A stretch of DNA of 64,000 nucleotides from Pseudogymnoascus verrucosus (Eukaryota), in the NCBI GenBank assembly GCA_001662655.1, contig KV460219.1; one strand, given 5' to 3'. Each line of letters starts with the position of its first letter. Positions within the stretch are counted from its first letter, which is position 1. The translations under genes were made by a program, and so were the position numbers. Below the pieces are notes generated by a model. It was not told where the DNA came from. It saw only the letters and a list, made by a program, of their open reading frames with translations, and ran no database searches. Positions 36,135 to 50,339 of the stretch are shown piece after piece.

Positions 36135-37694
36135 TCCTTAGTCTTCTGGCTACGACTGAAGAACGAATTAAAAAAAAAAAAAAAAAAAAGGAGATATTAA
36201 GCACTTCTTATCCTTTTCTATCATGTACTCCACCTCAACAGCTTGTCGAGTTTTTGAATTAAGCTCATGGAAGTCGTCCATTATGATCTAGGAGGTATTC
36301 CGGGGATACTATCACAATTCTCCATGAAGCATGAGACAATTGCGGGGTCCTCAAGCCACCTGTATACCGTGGTATGAAGTCTATAAAGGACCCCGCAATG
36401 TGGAATGAAGATCTTTGCTTCGTGAAGACAGGGCATGAGAGGTATATTGAGTGAGGAAGGAAGTTGTTCGCTAATCAAGAGTAGTTTACTTTCGTTGCCG
36501 TGACTGGGCGAATCGGACCGCTGAATCGGACCGACGTTGTTCCCCGCGGGGAATCCTTGCTGACCACCACCCCTGAAAAAGGTCCCGTGCCCAGACTCTC
36601 CTGTACCCTCACACCAGTTCTAACCCTGAGCGGTGCGCGACTTCTCGGCTGGCTCCGTGCCAAGCCTGAGCTGGCATGCCCAATTGCCCGCCTCAGTTGG
36701 GTGGGCCTCACCAGCATCGCACACCCAGCAAAGCAATTGACAGCTTCAGAGTTTCCGAAGGCAGGTCTCACCTCCGGCCTACGCCTGGGGCCTGGTTGGC
36801 CGCCTCTGTGGAATACAGGGCGGTGAGAAGACGCCACAGCTCAAAAAAGAGCCGAGCCCGTGGGGGGCGTATTTGCAATAAGTTTAAGCCGCAAATAGCG
36901 TTCTATGGGGTGCTGAGTAGATTAAAGTCTAGGTGGTGCTTCTACATCGGCCCGAGTTTGCTCTGTGTGGAAGACTGTGGATTCGGCTCTTGAGAGGTGT
37001 GGCTGGTATTTGTGTCGGCCACAACAGATCTTTTAGAGTTTTTGGTACCTTGCACTTCGCACGTGGTTATGTTCGGCACTAAGGTACGTCGTCAAGGAGC
37101 AGGGCGAACGGATGTGTGGCATGAGCACTATAATGTAAGTAACGAAATTTTGGGCGCGGGTTTCGGCACCCGGCGAAACTATGAGAACTGTATATTGTGC
37201 ATCGAATAGCGTCTGCCCAGGGCCTTTCCTAAGGTTGCATCCTCTCCGTTTTTCTATCGTTTTTCTATATTCGGTCTTGGCACCGTTAGAGGTGAAGGTG
37301 GGGGCAGAGCAAAAAAAGTCCAATTCGTGGATTCTTTATATTGCAAACACTTCCGTCGTGAACAGTGAGCTGCCTTAAGCTTTCCCAAGGGGGGTTACCG
37401 TTTCCCCTCGAGGTAGAGCAGGATGAAGATTTGTGGGCAACGACTCTACTGGCGATTGATACTGGGAGCGGCCGCTGTTGCAAGAAACAGCTGTGAGGAA
37501 ACACAGAAACGAAAGCTGTCCTTTTTAGCAGCCTTCTAGCCGTCACATCGTTAAATAGAGTAATTATTAAGCTTCGTTGATCTTGCTTTTAGATACCTCA
37601 ATACACAAACTTTTATAATAAGATTCTTTATCTAAAAAGCATCGTAGTGCATTATTTGTATTGTTACATACACCATGGCCTCTATTAGCACCCT

Positions 37695-38802
37695 CTAAAG
37701 TCCCACACAAGCATACGTATTAGCCCAGAGCCCCGTACAGCTCGCGCCAGCAGCCGGGTTCCACTTGATGAAGTTTGCAACGGTGATGCTGTACAAGCGC
37801 GTGATAGTATCGCAGCTCTCGCCCGTCTTCACGAGATGGAACTTTTTGCAGTTGGTGACCATGCCAGTTTGGATGGGCTGTGGTGTGGGATTAGGGGTGC
37901 TCCCAATGACGCCGGTGCAGATGTTGTAGTCAGCCCACATACCCGTACACGCGGTACCGCCGATCTGTGTGTTCCAGGTCGCAAGCTGGGCGACAGTGAC
38001 ACTTGCAGAGGACGCAATGGTCACGCATGTGTCTCCGGCCTTAACCTTGTAGAATTTGTTGCAGTTTGTGACCATGCCCGGCTGGACGGGCGTGGGCGTA
38101 GCAATGCCGTTGCCGGGACTGGTTGGGGTGCCGCCGATCACACCCGTGCAGATGTTATAGTCGGCCCAGATGCCCGTGCAGGCCGTGCCGCCGATCTGCG
38201 TGTTCCATGAAGCGAGCTGGGCGATGGTGACGCCCACTGAAGAAGCAATGGTGGTGCAGGTGTCGCCGTTCTTCACCTTGTAGAAGCGGTTGCAGTTGTC
38301 GACCATGCCGGGTTGGACCGGCTCGGGGGTCGTGACGCCGTTGCTCGGCTTGGTGGTCGTGGGCGGCACCGCAGTGCTGGTGGTTGCCGGCTTGGAGGTG
38401 GTCACCGGCTTGGAGGTTGTGGATGTCGTGGATGTAGTGGTCGGGATGCTGGGAGCGGGACCCTCGACGCAGTAAGAGTAGTCCGCCTTCCAGTCGGCGC
38501 AAGACTTAATCGACGGGTTCTGGTGAGGAGTCAGCACAAAATCTGAGAGTGTAGGGGGCCTCGGAGCAAGACTTTCGGGTTAGGCTTACCCATGCAGTCA
38601 ACTGGCCAACAGAGATCCCGACAATGAGGAGCACCGTGTCGCAGCTGATGCCATCATCGCTGTTCCACCACAGGGTGCAGGCCGCGGGCGTGTTTGGGTC
38701 GTAAGAGTAGAAGGGTGTTGAGCTGTCGAAGCGCTTCACGCCAAGAGCAACGCTATGGGCGGCGAGGACACCGATGGTGGCAAGGATGGAAAGATGGAGC
38801 AT
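37695..38802 (-). CDS. Secreted LysM effector with four fungal-type LysM modules (intron 38589-38520)
   Basis: Signal peptide; repeated CNxFYKVKxGDTC...WN...C...W..YxxCxG modules separated by Pro/Thr linkers; modules 2 and 3 are near-identical. Confidence 0.92.
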
Positions 38803-39844
38803 CGTGGTGATGGTGGGCTACTTAGATTATGACTGTGCCTGTGAAGATAAGGAGAGAGCTGGTTGTTCCCGATAGTCCAGATGTGAGTCTCTCTCTACCT
38901 GGGCAAGTGTCTGCTTTAATAGGCAATGATTGTTTATTGATACTCTAGCATCAACGAGCATCGTGTCACCCTGGGTAGCCCAGGGCATCTTCCGGTCCCG
39001 GAGTTGTTTACCTTCATGCTGAGCTCTATGTAATGCTAAGCCCTATATATTTGTTAATGAAGCTATATGCATGCCATCGATAAAACTCGCGGATATTACT
39101 TGAGCTGCTTTGAGTTGTTCATCCGATAAAGGCTCCACTGTTAGATCTAGATAGTAGTGGTAAGTGCTATGTATAGCTAGCTAGTGGAGAGTACAGTATC
39201 GGCTAATTAGAAGTTGTGGCCGTGGGGTGGGCGGCGATGTGACAGCGGGAGCTGGGGGCGGGAAGGTGGGGGCGAAAACGTCTTGGCTTAAATCCTTCTA
39301 AAGTCTCTTCAGTCTTGGCTCTTTTAGGCAACACCATCAGGACCAATAAGAGGTTCAAGTCAGACTGGCACTCTTAGTTAGGATTCGCTTGTTAAGATCC
39401 TCTACAATATCTCCGGGTCGAGATCCCGGTGTCTTTGGACAGTGAGAGACATGAAGTAATGGCCCCTTTACTTCTTTTTGCACTGTTTGTTTACTGGTTA
39501 GCGCTTAAGGATAGAGTTACAGTAGATGATGTAGGAACGTGTAGAAAGGCGTAGGTACGCTGGTGCCTAACTATGGACCTGCATTTTCCCTACATGCAGG
39601 CCAACACTAGTTATTAGCCCTATACATGTACTGTGTAGTTCAGTAGTTAGATTCAAGTCACGAGTGTGAATATTGTGAGATATGCTTATGGCCTTTAGAG
39701 TTAATGAATTGCGTGAAACGATCTTTATACCAATAGAGTTCAACATGAATTATAGTACAATTATTACAGTATAACAATAATAGTATATTATTCTATCAGT
39801 GGACCCTAGCTCAAAGAACATTCAAAGAACAATCGATATGGAAA

Positions 39845-40476
39845 TCAGAGATCGTTAGTGGGTGGCGCAGACCTTACCTCAGTAAAGCGAACTGCGGTCG
39901 AGTTGTTCTCATTACGCCCTGGGCACGAGCTCAGCGTAGCCTCAATGTGCGGAAGCTGAGCCACAGGCGCCGTGCTGAATTTGATATACCGCGATCCATA
40001 TCCGTTAAGCTCATCCAACCACGGAACCCCAACGTTGTTCCTCGACCGGGTTCGACTTACCAGCAAAGCACTCGCACGGAATGACCACATCCCACAATAT
40101 TTAGTACGTGTCTGTGGTCCTATTGGTCATGTTAACCGCGTTAAAATGAAGGGACTGCTTGCGAGGGTCCTTCATGAAGTCCTCACTGAGATCGGCGAAC
40201 CGAGGTCGGCGTACTGCGTTGCCCACAAGAGCCTGTTCTCCGAACTTAGCGGGATGCTAAGGGACTCCACCTGCGCACTGAGGCGGACATTTAGCGTCCA
40301 GGCACTGTCGAGATTGCTGATGTTGAGGACGATAGGGAAGTGCTATGTGAGCGAGTAAGTCTCATTATAGCGCGGTAAGATGAGTTCCACTTAGAAATTA
40401 GCGGCGAGCGTTCGCTCGGCGCACGCGATCTAGGCTAGGGGATAGAGGAGGGTGAGGAAGGAGAAGATAAGTGCAT
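39845..40476 (-). pseudogene. Degraded secreted-protein gene resembling the fungal family I recall as DUF7136
   Basis: Minus-strand translation FSFLTLLYPLA*IACAERTLAANF*VELILPRYNETYSLT*HFPIVLNISN...NMTNRTTDTY*ILWDV...IKFSTAPVAQLPHIEATLSSC, with frameshifts; these four stops are TAG/TAA, the expected product of CAG/CAA C-to-T changes. Confidence 0.65.
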
Positions 40477-41271
40477 TATCGCGGCAATTGTGAGTATAGA
40501 GAGAGCTGCAGCGGTGATCAGATAGAGAATGGAACAAGAGAATTGCGAGCCATACAACTTCGATAAGAGCTGACAAAGAAAGAAAGATTCCGAAAGTTGT
40601 AAAATGGGTACAAAGCAGGGGGCCTCGTCTGACATTTCAATAGGAATGGATTGCAATGGCTAAGATATGCCAAGCTCTTCGTGGGGGCTAAGCTCCCCCT
40701 GACAGTGCCAAGCAGATTGGAGAAATCCTCGAGCTCCACTGACCGCCAAGCATACGGAGCGGAAATCGAGCCTCCATTAAGAAGCCATTATTGACTTTTA
40801 TAGTCCTAATAGATTAAAATTCAATAGTCTCTCTATCTCGCCCCCATTAACTGTGCCGTTTAAACCGTTTAACTGCAGATGCTAAGTTGTTTGCTAATGC
40901 CAAGTTAGCTACGGATTCAGGCTGTGATGCCCAAATAAATATTCACACTTAGGGCTCTGTGGGCTTCGCGAAGTGCAGGATTACCATCCCTACAACATTA
41001 ACCAAGATTAACGAACTCAAGGTAATTAGGAAACAATGCTGACAAGACGACAGGATGCAGCCTTTCGCCCCCATACTATGCCGAGCAGCTTGCGGGCTGA
41101 CCGAGCTGCGAAGAAGTCCAATCCATATCCATATAATATAACAATGGTAGGAGACCTTGAGATTGTTCATCACCCACCCGCCTTTCTCATCTCTCTCTTC
41201 GCCTTTTCCCCTAGAGCCCTCCGCGCTCGTTGACCTTACTGAGCTCTCAAGCTCTTGTCTTGGCTCCCATC

Positions 41272-44200
41272 ATGGGCCGACTTAACTATAAGCTTCTGCC
41301 TTGGTTAGGGTGGGCACTGGCGGGTCTCGGTCTCAATGGTGTCGATGCCTTGACGCCACTGCGAGACCTATGCCCGGTAACCTGCCTGGAGGCCGGCCCT
41401 AATCCGTCCAACTGGTCTGTTGTCGCCGACATCTCCCAACTTCAGGCGTGTCAGAAACCAATGGTCTTAGACTTTTCAGTCAGGATTCCTCTTCAACGCA
41501 AGCAGCATATTCGAGTCTGTAACGTGTTTACCAACGACTTCGACAATCCAGCCGGATCCGATACGACCTCAGTCTTCGCCACGGCTGATGTTGAGACCAA
41601 GCAAGTCTTCCCCCAGCTAGCCTGGACGCCCGCCGCATCCGAGGACGAGATTGGCGGCCGGCTCGTGGGCCAGAGCATTGGGCACTTGAAGAGCTATCTC
41701 GCAAACAACCACCAGGCCTCGAAACCCGCGAGCCGGATCATGCTGTTCGGAACGGTATCTGACACCACCACAGGCGTCTACGTTGGCGCCAATCTGCTCG
41801 GCTCGAGCATCGCCGGGAATCTCTTTGACTCCTTCCTGAACAATGTGTACGGAAACGGTATTGCCGACTCTAAGGCCTCCCTAGTCCAGCTGTGCGAGGG
41901 TCGCAGCGGAGACGACATCTTCGGCCTCATCGCGGTCTCCAGCGCCAAATTCTCCACGGTCCACGACGCCGTCAGCAGCTGGTCAAACGGGACCTGCGTC
42001 GACACGACCTCGTACGCGAAGACACGCGAGCTTGGCGCCACAGCCATTGCCGTCATCAAGCCAGTGGTCGCGCCGACCCCTAGCAACAACACAGCAGCCA
42101 TTTTGGGACGGGCCGATGCCTGCCGCATCATCAGAGTCGACGACCAAGATGACTGCGGCAAGCTCGTCACCCGGTGCGGCGGCGGGCTGACTGCGGCGAA
42201 CTTCTACAAGTATAACCCCAGCTCCACTCTGTGCTCGAAGCTCATGCCGGGCCAGCCCGTCTGCTGCACTGCGGGCGAGCTACCTGATATCAAACCGAAA
42301 CAGAACGCGGACGGATCGTGCGTCGCATACCAGATTAAAAAGGACGATAACTGCAGTAAGGTCGCAGTTGCTAACGGCCTGGTGGTCACAGATCTCGAGG
42401 GCTTCAACAATGATACCTGGGGTGCGTTTTGTCCACCCCTCCTATCTCCTCTCCAAGGCCCTGCCCCACTGACTAACAACGCAATTTGACAGGCTGGAAC
42501 GGATGCGACTCGGGCTTCTGGACTGACAACTGGATCTGTCTCAGCAAAGGCACGCCACCCTTCCCCGCGCCAATCCCCAACGGCGTCTGCGGGCCTCAAA
42601 AACCCGGCACAACCAAGCCTAGCGGGTCAACCTCGAAGGACTGGCTGAAACTTAACCCGTGTCCTCTGAATGCGTGCTGCAACGTTGTAGGTCCACGCCT
42701 TTACTCTCGTCGTGCGGGCCCTTTTTTCGGTATCATGACAGATGCTAATGAAGATAACGCAGTGGGCACAATGCGGTACGACAGCCGACTTCTGTATTGA
42801 CACCAGCACAGGCCCACCAGGCACAGCTAAGAAGGATACCTATGGCTGTATCTCCAACTGCGGCATGAGTATCATTCAGAGCGGCCCGCCGGCGCAGTTC
42901 AGGAAGCTTGGTTATTTCGAGGGCTTCAACCTGGGTCGGGACTGCCTGAACATGGACGCCTCCCAGATTGATCCGTCATTCACCCATGTCCACTTCGCCT
43001 TCGGTATGATCACCCCCCAGTTCGAGATCTACCAGGAGAACCAATACGCCGAGTTCCAATTCCAGCAGTTTAAGAAAATCCGTGGTCCGAAGCGGATTAT
43101 TTCGTTTGGTGGCTGGGTCTTTTCTGCCGAGGCCCCTAACTACCCCATCCTCAGGGACTCCGTCAGCGACGCCACTAAACGCGAAAAGTTTGCTACTAAT
43201 CTTGTGAAGTATGTCGTCGATAACGGCCTCGATGGTCTTGACATTGACTGGGAGTATCCCGCGGTGAGTTGACAGCCGTTCCGTTCTCCTGCAAGGCTGG
43301 ATACTAATCTAAATCCCTTCACTAGGCGCCTGACCTGCCCGATATCGAGCCTGGGGACCTTGCGGAAGCCACAGGCTATTTACGCCTCCTCGCCCTTATC
43401 AGATCGAAGCTGCCTAAAGACAAATCGCTATCCATTGCAGCTCCCGCCTCCTACTGGTACCTGAAGCAGTTCCCTATGAAGGCCATATCAGAACTTCTCG
43501 ACTACATCGTCTACATGACCTACGATCTTCATGGCCAGTGGGATGCTGGCAACCAGTGGTCCAGCCCCGGCTGCCCAAGCGGAAACTGCTTGCGGAGTCA
43601 CATCAACCGGACAGAGACGCTGAACTCCTTATCAATGATCACCAAGGCCGGCGTGCCCTCAAACAAGATCCTCGTCGGCGTCACCAGCTACGGCAGAAGC
43701 TTCCAGATGGCCGATCCGTCTTGCACCGGCCCCAACTGTCTGTTCACCGGCGACAGAACGACATCATACGCTCGTAAGGGGCGGTGCACAAAGACAGGCG
43801 GCTATCTAGCCAATGCCGAGCTCAACGAGATCGGCGGCCGCACGTGGATGGACGTTGAAAGCGACTCCAAGATAATGGTCGACGGGGACCTCTGGGTGTC
43901 GTACATGGACAATGACCTCAAGAACAAGCGCACACAGCTCTACCAACGTTATAATCTCGGTGGCACGTCAGATTGGGCTGTGGACCTTGTCAGCTTTGTA
44001 GAGCCACCCAGTTCCCTCGGCGGACTCGGCTGGCCGAGGCTTAAGACGGATATTCGTGCTGGCATGTTTTTTGAACAGATCAGCTGCAATTCCGCGGAAA
44101 TTGCGCGCACTGGCACCTGGGTCGCTAAATCTTGCGACGTGGACGAGATTGGGAGCTGGACACACTACACGCCCAAGCAGCGGTGGGATGCCCTCGATTG

Positions 44201-45859
44201 CCCGCATGCCTGGGACGACGCGATCAAAGTGTGGCAGTCATGCCACGAAGGACAAGGTGATGGTATTAGGTTTACTAAGGCCATATCCGAATTCATACAC
44301 GGAATTCAGAATTCTGTAAGTAGAGCCTGGCATTAGACCAAATGGTCTAAATTCTAACGAAGACTTTGTGTAGAATTGCGACGACCTGTCGATAGAGACA
44401 AACTGTCCTGCTATGTTTTGTAAAGAGCATAACGCACCTGAGGTCCCGGAAAAAGAAAAGACAGGGGCCTGCACATACGAGATTTGGAACTCGATATCTG
44501 AGCTCTCCAGAGTGAGTTAAATAACCATAGCTCTCTAACTTGACTGTTGATTGCTAATCCTGTGTACCTCTTGGTAGATGATTAAAAACTACTACTATTC
44601 CTTAAGTAAAGCTGGAGATGATCTTGGAAGCACAAAGGAAGAATTCATCAGCATCTTTGCCCCAAAGTCGGACTCCGGGATAGAGTTTCTAATGCTCTTG
44701 CTAACCTTGATTCCAATTCCCCTCAATGCGGGGGCGGCACGTTTCTTTGGAGGTGGTAAGTAATTGTGCCTATGCCTATACTATGTGTAGTTCAGGTCAA
44801 CCCCAAACCCTAACAACTGAACCTCCAACTGCTAGAATAGGGCTAACACATTTTCACAGGGCTTGCAGGCAAACTCCTTGGGGGAAGTCCTAGTGCAGCC
44901 CAAAAATCCGTGTGGGAAGCCGCAACCTCCAACATCGTCAGTGCTGGTTCCTCCATCGCCAAAGACGCACTCGCCAAGGCCAAAGACGGTCGCTCAGAGA
45001 TCGCCTTTAACGCCATCTTTGATACCCTAATTACGAGCTGGATGTCTCAGACCGACTTGCTTATAAGGTCGATCTTCAATGGAGATAAAGACAGCATCAG
45101 GAGATTGAGCGAAATATTCAGCAACGGCAATTTGATCGACGGCAAATTAGACAACGGTATAACAGATTCTACCAATGGCCACACGGACAGCTGGAATCGG
45201 GAGAAGAGTATCCAGCGCGCCTTCTATGCCGCCGCGATTCCTGCCGCCTGGGCCGCCAACCGCCCGGCACCCATCGTCATCGACTTCGGCCCTAGCTGTG
45301 AGATCGATGCGCGTAACTACTTCAATGAGCCGCCAAACATCTACAACACAGGCTGGAGGTGCATCGACGGGCACTCCTACATCCTCGCCGGTGTCCGCGA
45401 TGGCCCTCAGGAGGCGTGCGGTCAGCAAACCCCTGGCAACACAAACCAGTGCCCACCTGTAAAAAAATGGACTTTCAACATGCTCAAGGGCATGGAAGTG
45501 ATCAGGACGGACGACAACAAGTGGGGGGGCGTTACAGTGGATGAACTTATCAAGGGGTTAGTATCAACTAAATCCACCAACTGAGAAACGAATGTGGACT
45601 AACTTTTTTTTTTTTTCCTCTTCGCAGCGCCATCAATACGTACAATATGAACGACAAGAAAAACATCATGGACGCCTCAAGAAATGTGCCGGACGCTACG
45701 AATAAGACTATTACCGAGGAGTACGCGTCAGATAAGCTGAACATTAAGAGGGCTGGCCTCATCCGCATCCCCATCTGCAGCCCTGAAGAAGCGACGGCAA
45801 ACCTCAACAAGGGCCGGAAATACTATGGTGACTCCCTTAACTACCCTTGCAACGCATAA
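41272..45859 (+). CDS. GH18 subgroup-C (killer-toxin alpha-like) chitinase with 2 LysM, a hevein-like CBM18 and a long C-terminal extension; introns 42422-42492, 42687-42762, 43264-43325, 44316-44373, 44512-44577, 44756-44859, 45557-45627
   Basis: All seven GT..AG introns keep frame; CPLNACCNVWAQCGTTADFC (CBM18), SFGGW, DGLDIDWEYP (DxxDxDxE), YMTYDLHG, GGTSDWAVDL. Confidence 0.92.
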
Positions 45860-47917
45860 TGGCTATATAAGTAGTATGTAGTAAATATATAGAAATAATA
45901 TACAAGTTTAATTATTTCATAATATAATATACCTTAACAAGTATAACTGTAATTGTTATGATGTCTATAATAGTTATCATCATGGGGTGTCCAACACGCA
46001 GAACCCGCTAAGCCCAATGTGCCGCGCTAGCTTTGTTTAGCCTAGCAGCATAGCAACAAGCACTTACGGGCCGTATAGCTGTGGTAGAACTTTAATGTAC
46101 TGTATTGTACATTATCGCCCTCTTCATCATAGCTTGCATTGAGACAAGCACAGCCAGCGCAACGCCAATGTGCGACATGTACTATAACCAGGGAATAACC
46201 CAGCTACAATACAGGGCCATATGGACGCCAAGACTGCATCTTACCTGGCTACTGCGGCGCAGCGAGTGGAACAGTTACCTAACCGGCGCGCCACATAATT
46301 GAAAAAGGGCCTCAGGACGGTCGTCCTGCCAGAATCGCTATTTAGTTACAGTCAGTCAGTCTGTGTGACCGTCTTGAATTAAGGGTGAAGCTTCAACTCA
46401 CAGGGTTGAAGCAATAGAATAGTAAATAGAAAATAAACCCAACTATAATCGTACTACAACAGAACTGTCTTTTTAGAACATAACTGCCTCTACCTCAATT
46501 ATGGTAGGGTACAGTACTCGACGTGCTTTTATAGGTCTGTAATTTATCACCATAATTAGATAATTATTAAATATAGTCGATTGAATAATGTTTACCTTGC
46601 TATATTTTTTATAACTCGCTATATAAATATACATAACAGATACATACGGAAGACCGTTTGTATTATAATAACTTTCTTATTTATAAAACTATAATCTAGA
46701 TCGTGGTGTTTGACCTGCGGGGTTTGGCGCCCGCCTAATCGGGCAAAGCGTGTGCACGGACCTATCGCCGCTTTCGAGCTGTATAAAAGTGCCACTCCCG
46801 CCCCCCGAGTGTCTCTATCCTATGGTTAAAGCTATAGAAGAAATCCGCATGCTAAATGACCAGTTATTTCTTGACATTTTACGAGTTAGGCTTTAGAAAC
46901 CTAGGGCCGGAAGATGACAGCAGTTAGCAAGGCGCTGCAGATGAGGCGCAAAAAGGTTGTATTAGACAGAGCTTTGAGCTGTACTAGACGCGTAGTGCTG
47001 TATGCCCTTCAGAGGAAGAGTACCTCGAGATAGTTGAAAAAAGTAAGGGAACCCCGCAGGTTTACTGCGAGAAGCGCATAAATCCCACCACGTCAGAAAC
47101 CAGAAGTCTGTTGGGTTATGAGATTACTCTACTACAAACGGGGAATATAGCTCTGCAACTACCCGCAGGAATGAAAAGATGTTCCGCGGGAAATCCGCGA
47201 CTGAGTAAGTTTGATGGCAGCCTAAGGCTTATTGATGAATCTACACGTCATGGCTCTCGAAAAATCCGGAGTGTAACAAAGACATGTGCAGAACAAAGGC
47301 GTCCAAGGCACGAACCTGTTTTCAAAATGGTTCGCAAATGGAAACCACACTAAATAGTTACCTCAAAACATCTCGGTGGGTGTTTGGCCGGGCCGAGATA
47401 CCAGTCTCCTGTGGATTAATGGTTTGGCTTTCATATAGATCAAAAGTTTCGAACAACGTGCCTGATGCACACAAAGCCCCACGCCGACCCCGCGCCGACC
47501 CCGCACCTCACATCGCTGACTAACCAACGCTTGGCACCACACCTTCGGAATAGGCTCGATGAGAAACCACTAAACCAAAGCAGCATTACGGCGAGAAATC
47601 TCAAATCCCCAGTCCGCTCTCCGTCGCTTTGCTTTCAGGCGCTTCCTGCAAACGGGAGGTATTCTACGCGCTTCCCGCAAACAGAATGGCGTTCTATGCC
47701 CACGACAAGTGTACACGCGCGTAGAACGTTATACGATTAGAGGGAACCATGACATTATGGCACTGGGAACAATCATGCGGAATCCGGCAGGAGCGTAAAA
47801 ATAGCAGTTATTAATATACATGCAATACATATATAGCTCCCAAGACCGTAATCGTCCAAGGCCAGACCGTGTATACCAACTGAGATATCACTTCCGACTC
47901 ATCGAATACTGGCTATC

Positions 47918-49790
47918 ATGGCGGTGTTAAGCAAAACTGGCACATTTGCTAGTTATTACCTACTTTGGACTTTTGTTGTGCTGAGTTAGTCGCTTGCCAG
48001 GCACTTCATACAGCATCTTTCGCTAACAACAGGTGCCCACAGGTCTTGCCTTTCCTGCCGAGCTCTCTTCATCGTCAAACGCTGCTGAGTTCTCGAATTT
48101 CCTTCCGCCTAACCCCTTCTCCAAGTCTGTGGAGACACGAGATCCTATCGCAAATGGTGCTACATTGAGAGTGCTCTGTTTGGGTGCCTCGATTATGGGT
48201 GGCTATTTGTCCACGGATAAAAACGGGATGAGGTATGCACTGCGCTCTGCTCTTGCTGCTCATGGAAACAAGGTGAGCTAAGCTCTTTGTCTCCTCTGCT
48301 CTTAGTCGTCTACTGGAAACTGCGAGATTTACTGCAGACGAGCTTAGACGTATTTGCTTATACAAAGTAGGTGAACATGATCGGAAGCATTAACCTCGGG
48401 ACCATGGATGATAATAAGGTTGAATCCTGGCCTGGTTACCGGATTGATCAAGTTGCTAAGAAGGCGGAGCTGTCCCTCTCAAAGCTGCCTAATGTCGTTG
48501 CAATTCTCGCAGGCACCAATGATGCTGGGCAGGGCTTTGACACTCGTACGTAAACCCCTGTAAACAATAATTACTTGCCAAGTGATTATCTGATCATTTT
48601 TCTTAGCCAACATGGCCAACAGAATGGCGACCCTTATCGATCGCATTTTTGCTGTGGCTACTGGAACAACCATTATTCTTGGAACATTGCCTCCTATGTA
48701 CGAACCTGCGGACGACATTGTCCGACAATACAACAGTGATCTTGCAGACTTGGTATCTAAGAGATCGGCTGCGGGGCAAAAAATATTCCTGGCGGATATG
48801 CACTCTCCAGTATGTATCTTTCTGTTTTCACCCGCTTCCGAAATAGAGCTAGCTTAAGTCTTCTACTATCACAATACTCGCCGCTTCGTGCGATTCTAAT
48901 ATAGACGCCAAATGTGAAATATATACTAATATATATAGTGGTGGAGTCTCGCTGATATCTCCGGCGACAACGTCCATCCAACTAACGCTGGGTATCTCAA
49001 AATGGCCCGTGTCTTCTATGATGGGATTATAGCAGCAAACGATTCCATCACGCCACCTAAAACACCCCCTGGCGGTATTAGTGACCCTATTCTTCCGTAT
49101 GTAGTTGGCCATGGACCCACTGCCAGCGACAAGACTTCTGGAAGCACAATAGGGCCAATCCAAACCCGGCAAGGATCGCCCCCAGCATCATCCTCAGCAT
49201 CTACCCTCTCAACAAATCAGGCAAAGTTCATTGCTAGCCAAGGCACTCCTTACCCTACTACCGTTACAGCGCGTCTAGCTTCATCGTCAGATTCGGGCAG
49301 TTCTTACCCCACTACTGTCACAACGCGTCCAGCTTCATCCTCAGAATCTTCTTCGTGCCAAGATTCGTTGAACGGCTGCCCCACCTCGCTAGGTGCCAAC
49401 CTCTCATCAAGTCTAGCAAGCTTCATTGCTAGCCAGGGCAGTTCTTACCCTACTACTGTCACAACGCCTCTATCGTCATCCTTAGAATCTGGCAGCTCTT
49501 ACCCTATTGCTGTCACAACGCGTCCAGCTTCATCCCCAGAATCTTCTTCGTGCCAAGATTCATTGAACGACTGCCTCACCTCGCCGGGTGCCAACCTCTC
49601 AACATGCCAGGCGAACTTCGCCGCATGCCAGGGCTCATTGGGTTTCACACAGCCAACAGTTGTTGGAACCAACAGCACAAGTGGTCTTCCCTCCGCCACC
49701 ACTTCTAAGACGGCTATTTTTACTGGCGCGGCTTCTTTTGCAAAACCTGCTGCTAGGTTTCTTGCTCTCGGTGCCTTAGCCTTCTTCTAG
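47918..49790 (+). CDS. Secreted SGNH/GDSL esterase (CE3-like) with internally duplicated Ser/Thr/Cys stalk and probable GPI signal; introns 47985-48042, 48273-48370, 48546-48606, 48810-48938
   Basis: Blocks LGASI, GYRIDQ, AGTND and DNVHP; hydrophobic C-terminus FTGAASFAKPAARFLALGALAFF. Confidence 0.85.
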
Positions 49791-50339
49791 GGACATTAAG
49801 GAGTAATAAGGGAGAACAAGGAGTAAAGTGGGGATCTTAACAAGTGTTAGAAATGCTGCTATAGTGGCCTTTTAAGCTGCTTAGAATGCGTCGAGAAATC
49901 TATTTCGGATGGGACTACATACATGGATTGCTTGCCAGCTTTCGGAAGTTGCAGCGTGTTTAATCTTCTACGAGTCCTCAGATGCCTTTTAAGATGCCTT
50001 TAATGCTCGTTCTTGAAGTACGCGCGATATTATTAGCAGAGCCTCCTATGATTTTTCAAGTTCCTAGATCCGCGTTGCTTCTGCTTCGCGAAGAGCTTTT
50101 ATGTTAGTTAGCAAAAGCAGGAGGTCGTCCACCCCTAAAACGGGCTTCGACTTCACTGTTCTGTCTAGCCCGAGCGTGTCTATAAACTACTAATATTATA
50201 GCATTCTAAACTGTGCTCTGTATTGTGAAATTGCACCCCTTCTTCACCTAGTCTTCATCGTACACATGTCCTGAATCACAGAACGCCAGTCCTCTAAATG
50301 CTAATCATGACAGAGCCTAATTAAGAGTTAGGACAGGTA

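Noticed and set aside
36170..36189. Poly-A run as a possible retroelement tail
   Set aside because: No target duplication or element body; likely a poly(dA:dT) tract in the amylase 5' region.
37156..46733. Similar 17-mers (GCGGGTTTCGGCACCCG / GCGGGGTTTGGCGCCCG) flanking the LysM-chitinase cluster
   Set aside because: Only 14/17 identity in GC-rich sequence; too weak to call element ends.
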